A stretch of 32,000 nucleotides of DNA from Xylanibacter ruminicola 23 (GTDB taxonomy: Bacteria; Bacteroidota; Bacteroidia; Bacteroidales; Bacteroidaceae), in contig NC_014033.1 in NCBI RefSeq assembly GCF_000025925.1, forward strand, positions 1,950,001 through 1,982,000, given 5' to 3'. Below, one piece after another: positions 18,519 to 24,530 of this stretch (position 1 is the first letter of the stretch; each line of letters begins with the position of its first letter). The notes under the pieces are model-generated. The model did not search any database, was not told where the DNA came from, and saw only the letters and a list, made by a program, of their open reading frames with translations. Both the position numbers and the translations under genes were made by a program.

Positions 18519-20450
18519 ATGAATAAAAGATTTTTAATTATTACTATCCTTGCGGCAGGACTGACCAACACCAGCTGGGCCGACAAACAAGAGAAGCTTG
18601 CATCGCCTAACGGCAAAATCGTAGCCAACATCAATATTGGCAAAGAGTTAACTTACAGCGCCTCGTTCAACGGCGAACAGATTCTGAAAGATTGCCCCCT
18701 TAGCTTGCAAGTTGGACAGGAATTATTGGGTGTAAACCCAAAGTTAAGCAACACAAAACGTACTAAGATTGATGAGCAGATACGACCTGTAGTGCCTTTA
18801 AAACAGACCGTAGTGCCCAACAAGGCAAATGCCTTGACGCTCAACTTCAAGGGCTACTGCGTAGAGTTCAGAGCCTACGACAACGGTGTGGCCTATCGCT
18901 TTATTATAAATAAGAAAGGTGTTGTAGATATCGTGAGCGAAGGCATTAACTACCATCTGCCCAAAGCCTTCGAGGCTCACATCTCGAAGACTCGCAACTT
19001 CAACACCTCGTACGAACAGCCTTACACGCACATCAGCACAGCTCAGTATAAGGCCGACGACGAGATAACCTATCTGCCAGTACTGCTCGAAAGTCCCAAA
19101 GGCACCAAGGTACTTATCTCCGAGAGCGATGTGCGCGACTATCCCCACACTTTCCTTAAGAGCACGGGCGCCAATGGTTTTACAGCCGTTCATCCCAAAT
19201 CGCCCGAAACATGGGAGCCACGTGGCGACCGAGGTTGGACCATCACCAAAGAGCGCAACTGCATTGCCCGTACCAGCGGACAGCGCAGCCTGCCCTGGCG
19301 TTTTGCCGTTATCGGCAACGATGCCACGATAGCTGCCAACCAGATGGAACTGGTGCTGGGCGGCAAGTGCGAACTGCAGGATGTATCGTGGATTAAGCCC
19401 GGACAGGTTAACTGGGACTGGTGGAACCACTGGACAGTATGGGATGTGGACTTTGAGTCGGGCATCAACAACGCCACCTACAAATACATCATCGACACAG
19501 CCTCAAAGTTTGGCGTAGAGTATGTGCTACTCGACGAAGGTTGGAACAAACGCGTAGAAGATCCCTTTACCTACAGCGACAATATCGATGTAAAGGAGCT
19601 GGTAGAGTATGGTGCCCAGAAACATGTAGGTGTCATCCTATGGCTGGCGTGGCTCACCGTTGAGCAGCATCCCGCCCTTATTAAGCATTACGCCGATATG
19701 GGCGTGAAGGGACTGAAGATCGACTTTATGGACCACAGCGACCAGTGGATGGTGAACTTCTACGAGCGAACAGCCCGCGAGTGTGCCAAGCATAAGCTGC
19801 TGGTTGATTTTCATGGCTCGTTCAAGCCAGCAGGGTTAGAGCAGCGCCTGCCAAACCTTATCTCGTACGAGGGTGTGCGTGGCTTGGAACAAGGCGGAGG
19901 ATGCAGCCCCGAAAACAGCATCTGGCTGCCATATATGCGCAATGCCGTTGGCGCTATGGACTTTACGCCAGGCTCAATGCAGAATGCTCAGCCCGAAGAC
20001 AATCATGGTACAGGCTCGCTACCGATAGGCGGTGGCACTCGTGCTTATCAGATGGCCCTTTACGTGTGCTTTGAGAGCGGACTGCAGATGCTGGCCGACA
20101 GTCCTACCCGCTATCTGCGCGAACAGGAGTGCACCCAATTCATAGCCTCGGTACCCACCACATGGGACGAAACCCGCGTATTGGCTGCCAAGGCAGGCGA
20201 TTACTACGTAGTAGCCAAGCGCAAAGGTGCAAAATGGTTTGTAGGCGCCATCACAGGCAGCAAGCCGCAGGATATCACTATCAGTCTCGACTTCCTGACT
20301 CGTCCTGCCATGCTCACCTCCTTCCGCGACGGACGCAACGCCCATCGCATCGCCGTAGATTACAAAAAGGAGACTCAGGAGGTGAATCCTGCCACCACGC
20401 TCACCCTCCATCTGGCACGCAACGGCGGCTGGTGCGGCTCGATAGAATAG
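18519..20450 (+). CDS. Glycoside hydrolase family 97 (alpha-glucosidase/alpha-galactosidase type)
   Basis: The start is set at MNKRFLIITILAAGL, a signal peptide. The ~640-aa body carries the YVLLDEGW and GLKIDFMD motifs typical of GH97. Confidence 0.85.
   Translation: MNKRFLIITILAAGLTNTSWADKQEKLASPNGKIVANINIGKELTYSASFNGEQILKDCPLSLQVGQELLGVNPKLSNTKRTKIDEQIRPVVPLKQTVVPNKANALTLNFKGYCVEFRAYDNGVAYRFIINKKGVVDIVSEGINYHLPKAFEAHISKTRNFNTSYEQPYTHISTAQYKADDEITYLPVLLESPKGTKVLISESDVRDYPHTFLKSTGANGFTAVHPKSPETWEPRGDRGWTITKERNCIARTSGQRSLPWRFAVIGNDATIAANQMELVLGGKCELQDVSWIKPGQVNWDWWNHWTVWDVDFESGINNATYKYIIDTASKFGVEYVLLDEGWNKRVEDPFTYSDNIDVKELVEYGAQKHVGVILWLAWLTVEQHPALIKHYADMGVKGLKIDFMDHSDQWMVNFYERTARECAKHKLLVDFHGSFKPAGLEQRLPNLISYEGVRGLEQGGGCSPENSIWLPYMRNAVGAMDFTPGSMQNAQPEDNHGTGSLPIGGGTRAYQMALYVCFESGLQMLADSPTRYLREQECTQFIASVPTTWDETRVLAAKAGDYYVVAKRKGAKWFVGAITGSKPQDITISLDFLTRPAMLTSFRDGRNAHRIAVDYKKETQEVNPATTLTLHLARNGGWCGSIE
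20427..20449 (+). repeat. Direct repeat copy 1 (GGCTGGTGCGGCTCGATAGAATA) at the GH97 3' end
   Basis: This 23-nt string is identical to 23503-23525. Confidence 0.9.
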
Positions 20451-20523
20451 CACTAACTAACAGTTTTAAGATTACATATCTAAAATTATCTCCGCCAAAC
20501 TTGTTTTTTTCGGATATTCTTTT

Positions 20524-20531
20524 TATCTTTG
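20524..20531 (+). promoter_or_regulatory. -7 promoter box (TAtcTTTG)
   Basis: TATCTTTG lies 35 nt upstream of the ATG at 20566. Confidence 0.45.
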
Positions 20532-20565
20532 TGCCCAAGAAAAAAAACAATCTAATATTAATCCT

Positions 20566-23334
20566 ATGAAAAAGGATATCCTAATAGCCGGTAGCCTATT
20601 GCTGACAGGCTGTGCCGACATAACAAACAATGTGGCAGAGAGTTTTAATAACAACCTGATTGCAGAAAACCGCTATCAGATGATTCTGGATGGCCTGCAG
20701 GTAACACTCATCATCACCCTTTGCGCCACGATTCTCGGCACACTATTAGGCGGACTGGTGTGTTGGATGCGCATGAATCGCCACAAATGGCTGCGACACA
20801 TAGCCAGCGCGTATATCGACCTGATGCGAGGCACCCCCGTACTGGTGCTGCTCATGCTGATGTACTATGTACTAATGGCGCCAATAGATGCCACTGGCAT
20901 CGTGGTAGCCATCGTGACCTTTGCCCTGAACACCGCAGCCTACATCAGCGAGATGCTGCGCACCTCCATCCAAGGCATTGACCGAGGACAGACGGAGGCT
21001 GGACTGGCATTGGGCTACACACAACGACAAACATTCATCAGAATCATACTGCCACAGGTAGTCAAGGCTGTCATGCCCGTCTATCAGGGCGAGGTAATAA
21101 GTCTGCTGAAAGGCACAAGCATCGTGGGCTACATCGCTGTGAACGATATGACACGAGCATCCGACCTGATACGCTCACGCACCTTCGACGCCTTCTTCCC
21201 GCTCATCGTCACAGCCATCATCTACTTCCTGATAGCCTGGCTCATCGGCCAACTGCTCACTGCGCTGCTGCAACGACAGCGGACCAAAGCCACAGCTGCA
21301 GCCGTCATGCTGACCCTGTCGGGGCTTGTGGCCTACGTGCCTTCGATACTAACAGATGCGCAGGCAACGACAGCAGACACAACCGACGCACCACCAGCCA
21401 TCAAGGCACTATCGGGCAAGCGCGTAGGTGTCATCATCGGCAGTATCCAAGATATTGCAGTAAGCACGATGGCGCCCGATGCCGACATACTGCGCATGAC
21501 CACCACCACCGACATGATGGCTGCCCTAGAGAACGGCAAGGTGGATGTGGCAGGCAGCGAGAGCCTCACACTGATATTCAACAAGGAACTGGCTGACAAG
21601 GTTGACTCCGTAGGAGCCGGACTTACACCGATTCCTATTGGCGCATGCTTCAACCAGAAAAATACTGAGCTGCAGCAAGACTTCAACAGTTTCCTGGCAG
21701 AAATCCGACGCGACGGCACCTATCTGAAAATATTCGACCGCTGGCAGAAATCCGACAATCCGTCGGCTATGGACATTCCACAGCAGCGCGGCACTGGGCG
21801 CACCGTGCGCATAGCCACCTATCCTGCCATGCCTCCCTTCAACTTTATCAACTCCGGCAAACCATCGGGCCTGGAAATCGACCTGCTGACAGAGTGGGCC
21901 AACCGCCGCAACTGGCAACTGGAATTCCTGGTAATGGACTTTGCCGCTCAGATACCCGCTGTACAGACAGGCAAGGCCGACATGGCCATGGGTGCCATCA
22001 GCATCACCGAAGAGCGACAAAAACAGGTACTCTTCTCCAATGGCTACATCGAGTCGCACATCGTGCTGATCACACGCAAGAATGAAGCATCAATTATCAC
22101 GAATCCGTCATACTCTTCCAGCACAGAGCACCCCACGAGCCCCTGGCCGTGGATGGTAGCAATACTTGTCATTGCCGGTTGCGGGGATTGGTTCATCGTT
22201 CGCCGCAAGCGCTACAGCCAGCGGCAGCCTACTACCAACGCACTGGAGCAGCCGAAGGATGAGAAGGAGGCCGTCATCAGCATCGCCCACATGAAGAAGA
22301 GCTATGGCACGTTTGATGTGCTGCGCGACATCAACCTTGATGTGCATCGGGGCGAAGTGATCTCTGTCATAGGGCCATCCGGCACAGGTAAAAGCACCTT
22401 CCTGCGCTGTCTTAACCTCCTTGAGCAGCCTACTGGCGGGAGCATTCTCATAGGTGGAAACGACATACTGGAACGCAATGCCGACGTGCCGCTATTACGG
22501 CGACGCATGGGTATGGTGTTCCAGTCGTTCAACTTGTTCAATGGCATGTCGGTGCTCGACAATATCTGTCTGGCGCCCATGCAACTGTTAGGAAAAACAC
22601 GGGAGGAAGCCGAGAAACGCGCTCAGCAACTGCTTGAGATGGTAGGACTGGCCGAGCGTGCCACAGCCATGCCCGAGCAACTTTCCGGCGGACAGAAACA
22701 GCGTGTGGCCATAGCCCGCGCACTGGCCATGGAGCCGGAGATATTGCTCTTTGATGAGCCAACCTCAGCCCTCGACCCCACCATGGTGAGCGAGGTGCTG
22801 GGCGTAATGACCAAACTGGCACGTGAGGGGATGACGATGATTGTGGTGACACACGAGATGCGATTTGCCCGGCAGGTGAGTAGCCGTGTACTATTCTTTG
22901 CCGATGGCGTCATCTATGAGGATGGCACCCCCGACCAACTCTTCGACCATCCGCAGCGCGAACGCACCCGACAGTTCATCCAGCAGATACACGAAATGCA
23001 CTTCCTCATCGAGACCAAGCAATTCGACTGGTATGCTATGACGGCCCAGATGGAGCAGTTCTGCCTGCATTATAATCTGCAGCGCCAGCAAATCTTTGCG
23101 GTGCTACACGTCATCGACGAGACACTGACCATCCTCGGCACTCACCCCAATACACACCTGACGCTGGCTTATTCTGAACAGGAAGACACGTTACAGTTCA
23201 TCGTCAATAGTCCTCATGCCGTCGATAGCAGCTTATTCAGCCAAGAAAGTGATGACATAGCTGTGACCATCCTGCGCAACTTCAGCCGCAACATCCATGT
23301 AGATGGCAGCACCCTCCGCATCACCATCAAATAA
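20566..23334 (+). CDS. Single-polypeptide polar-amino-acid-type ABC importer: permease, TM, permuted substrate-binding domain, TM, ATPase and an unknown C-terminal domain
   Basis: It has a lipobox-like N-terminus (LLLTGC) and a His/Glu/Gln/Arg-type permease with an EAA loop ([22 protein letters not shown]). The SBP_bac_3-like segments come next. The NBD carries Walker A (GPSGTGKST), signature ([15 protein letters not shown]), Walker B ([13 protein letters not shown]) and H-loop (VVTHEM). Confidence 0.88.
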   Translation: MKKDILIAGSLLLTGCADITNNVAESFNNNLIAENRYQMILDGLQVTLIITLCATILGTLLGGLVCWMRMNRHKWLRHIASAYIDLMRGTPVLVLLMLMYYVLMAPIDATGIVVAIVTFALNTAAYISEMLRTSIQGIDRGQTEAGLALGYTQRQTFIRIILPQVVKAVMPVYQGEVISLLKGTSIVGYIAVNDMTRASDLIRSRTFDAFFPLIVTAIIYFLIAWLIGQLLTALLQRQRTKATAAAVMLTLSGLVAYVPSILTDAQATTADTTDAPPAIKALSGKRVGVIIGSIQDIAVSTMAPDADILRMTTTTDMMAALENGKVDVAGSESLTLIFNKELADKVDSVGAGLTPIPIGACFNQKNTELQQDFNSFLAEIRRDGTYLKIFDRWQKSDNPSAMDIPQQRGTGRTVRIATYPAMPPFNFINSGKPSGLEIDLLTEWANRRNWQLEFLVMDFAAQIPAVQTGKADMAMGAISITEERQKQVLFSNGYIESHIVLITRKNEASIITNPSYSSSTEHPTSPWPWMVAILVIAGCGDWFIVRRKRYSQRQPTTNALEQPKDEKEAVISIAHMKKSYGTFDVLRDINLDVHRGEVISVIGPSGTGKSTFLRCLNLLEQPTGGSILIGGNDILERNADVPLLRRRMGMVFQSFNLFNGMSVLDNICLAPMQLLGKTREEAEKRAQQLLEMVGLAERATAMPEQLSGGQKQRVAIARALAMEPEILLFDEPTSALDPTMVSEVLGVMTKLAREGMTMIVVTHEMRFARQVSSRVLFFADGVIYEDGTPDQLFDHPQRERTRQFIQQIHEMHFLIETKQFDWYAMTAQMEQFCLHYNLQRQQIFAVLHVIDETLTILGTHPNTHLTLAYSEQEDTLQFIVNSPHAVDSSLFSQESDDIAVTILRNFSRNIHVDGSTLRITIK

Positions 23335-23432
23335 GCACTTTTTGGCGGAAATACGCAATGATATGATCCAGTCCCTCGTCGAGCGACACCTTGGGCTCCC
23401 ATCCTAATTCGCTTGGCAAGTGTGATGTCGGG
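23327..23432 (-). pseudogene. 3' remnant of an NAD-dependent epimerase/dehydratase (UDP-glucuronate decarboxylase-like) gene, 5'-truncated and frameshifted
   Basis: The minus strand reads PDITLAK, then a frame change, then [27 protein letters not shown]-stop. This is the characteristic C-terminus of extended SDR sugar epimerases/dehydratases, and nothing lies upstream of it. Confidence 0.5.
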
Positions 23433-23436
23433 ACAT

Positions 23437-23526
23437 TACAAAAAGCAGGTGCAGCAAGTAACCCCATCCACCCAACTCACGCTCCACTTAGTTCGCAACG
23501 GAGGCTGGTGCGGCTCGATAGAATAA
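23437..23526 (+). pseudogene. Orphan 3' fragment of a GH97 gene (last 29 codons plus stop)
   Basis: It translates to YKKQVQQVTPSTQLTLHLVRNGGWCGSIE-stop, versus YKKETQEVNPATTLTLHLARNGGWCGSIE-stop for the intact gene at 20361-20450. I hand-aligned 68/90 identical nt. Confidence 0.8.
23503..23525 (+). repeat. Direct repeat copy 2 (GGCTGGTGCGGCTCGATAGAATA)
   Basis: This 23-nt string is identical to 20427-20449. Confidence 0.9.
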
Positions 23527-23545
23527 CTGGAAGGTAGGAAGTTAA

Positions 23546-23649
23546 CTACATAACTACATAAAATCGTTCAAAACACCTGTATATATAGGCATTACATGAG
23601 CTTTACTAACTACATAAAAACTACATTCTAACTACATAAAACTACATAG
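23546..23649 (+). repeat. Left arm: 2 abutting plus 4 phased CTACATAA boxes
   Basis: Boxes lie at 23546-53 and 23554-61. After a 43-nt spacer, four more start at 23610, 23621, 23632 and 23642, spaced 11/11/10 bp. Confidence 0.85.
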
Positions 23650-23656
23650 CATGAAT

Positions 23657-23694
23657 AGTAGCGTAAAAATTCTCTAGAGAATTTTTACGCTACT
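23657..23694. repeat. Perfect 38-bp palindrome AGTAGCGTAAAAATTCTCTAGAGAATTTTTACGCTACT
   Basis: I verified by hand that the sequence is its own reverse complement. It is centred on TCTAGA. Confidence 0.95.
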
Positions 23695-23731
23695 TAGGCA
23701 GAGAAAAATAGTTAGTACGGCACTAAGCCGA

Positions 23732-23749
23732 AAATTCTCTAGAGAATTT
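23732..23749. repeat. Perfect 18-bp palindrome AAATTCTCTAGAGAATTT, sharing a 19-nt core with the 38-bp palindrome
   Basis: The string AAAATTCTCTAGAGAATTT occurs in both palindromes. Their centres are 65 bp apart. Confidence 0.95.
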
Positions 23750-23810
23750 CTAATCGACCAATAAGGAAAAAGATAGCGAGTAAGTTAAAGAGTTTGTTAT
23801 AGTAAGGCAG

Positions 23811-23915
23811 GTAATTACTTTTTGTGCATCGAAAAGTTACTTTTTGCATCTCAAAAAGCTACTTTTTGAGCAACGAAAAGCTACTTTTTGCATCTCGAAA
23901 AGCTACTTTTCGCAG
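23811..23915 (+). repeat. Five tandem direct repeats (iteron-like) with an exact 22-bp period; consensus GAAAAGCTACTTTTTGCATC(nn)
   Basis: The TAC of the core TACTTTT(T) falls at 23816, 23838, 23860, 23882 and 23904. Repeats 2-5 carry the small dyad AAAAG-yTA-CTTTT; repeat 1 is degenerate. Confidence 0.9.
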
Positions 23916-23920
23916 GTATC

Positions 23921-24021
23921 ATGTAGATTTTATGTAGTTTTATGTAGTTTTTATGTAGGTCGAAAAATACAAAAAACCCTTTGTGTATGCGGGGTTTAAG
24001 CGATTTTATGTAGTTATGTAG
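23921..24021 (-). repeat. Right arm: 4 phased plus 2 abutting TTATGTAG boxes, mirroring the left arm
   Basis: ATGTAG occurs at 23921, 23932, 23942 and 23953, spaced 11/10/11 bp. After a 42-nt spacer, TTATGTAG occurs at 24006-13 and 24014-21. Confidence 0.85.
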
Positions 24022-24151
24022 GTCAATTGACAAAAATAAATTTGCAAATTCAAGCAAAAGAGGATAGAAATACGGTGCACGAAACAGTTTTACTCAAACG
24101 TTTACATACGATTTTTGGGGGTGTGGTGATACAATGTTGGCAGAAAGTGCG

Positions 24152-24159
24152 TATCTTTG
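24152..24159 (+). promoter_or_regulatory. -7 promoter box (TAtcTTTG)
   Basis: TATCTTTG lies 76 nt upstream of the ATG at 24235. Confidence 0.45.
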
Positions 24160-24234
24160 CATCAGCTAAACAAAAGCAGAGGCTGAGATAGCTAAACGAC
24201 AAACTACAGATCGAATATATAATAGTTAAAAATT

Positions 24235-24468
24235 ATGGGTGAGAAATTTGTTATCGGAAACCGACTGAAGGAAGAATGGATAGCGGTTCTGGATACAGAC
24301 AAGAAGATACTGGAATTTACCAGCAATCTGGTTAAAGCCCAAGAGTATCAATTGGAAGAGGACGCCCAAATGAACCTCGCCGAAATCCAAAAATCAGGTT
24401 ACTTCAGCGACCTGCAGATCTACATAAAGGACAACAACAGAGCGTACAGAATTGACGAACGCGGCTGA
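24235..24468 (+). CDS. Small hypothetical protein (77 aa)
   Basis: It is the only ORF in this region. It has an upstream -7 box and a strong downstream terminator. I recognise no family. Confidence 0.55.
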   Translation: MGEKFVIGNRLKEEWIAVLDTDKKILEFTSNLVKAQEYQLEEDAQMNLAEIQKSGYFSDLQIYIKDNNRAYRIDERG

Positions 24469-24492
24469 TTTATGATAGAGATGCGAAAAGTA

Positions 24493-24530
24493 AAAATCCC
24501 AGTAAACAACTACTGGGATTTTATTTTTTT
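24493..24530. terminator. Bidirectional intrinsic terminator between convergent genes
   Basis: A perfect 12-bp stem (AAAATCCCAGTA / TACTGGGATTTT) encloses the 6-nt loop AACAAC and is followed by A-T7. The reverse strand is followed by TACTTTTCG. Confidence 0.8.

Larger units (their letters stand above)
23546..24021. other. Composite IR-bounded, AT-rich non-coding module (candidate inverton, non-autonomous mobile element, or origin- or arm-site-like region)
   Basis: Perfect 21-bp terminal inverted repeats enclose 434 bp that contain box arrays, two palindromes and five 22-bp direct repeats. No ORF of 60 aa or more is present. A hand-counted sample (23801-23900) has 34% GC. Confidence 0.6.

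Noticed and set aside
20451-20565. Sequence after GH97 copy 1 (contains ATTACATA) as a degenerate copy of the CTACATAA array found after copy 2
   Set aside because: There is only one weak box-like match, with no phasing and no inverted partner. That is not distinguishable from chance in AT-rich DNA.
23214-23402. 62-aa minus-strand ORF overlapping the end of the ABC gene
   Set aside because: Its protein has no recognisable features, and it overlaps a strong CDS. Another frame of the same stretch reads as the C-terminus of an epimerase/dehydratase, which explains the open frame as a pseudogene remnant.
23657-23694. 38-bp palindrome as an intrinsic terminator for the upstream genes
   Set aside because: No U-tract follows on either strand, and the nearest upstream intact CDS ends more than 300 nt away.
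23811-23915. 22-bp repeats as a possible CRISPR array
   Set aside because: The repeats are contiguous with no spacers, too short for a CRISPR repeat, and there are no cas genes in the window.
23546-24021. TTATGTAG boxes as DnaA boxes or a chromosomal oriC
   Set aside because: The motif differs from the TTATCCACA consensus at the critical CCAC positions. The flanking genes are not the dnaA/dnaN-type genes commonly found next to oriC.
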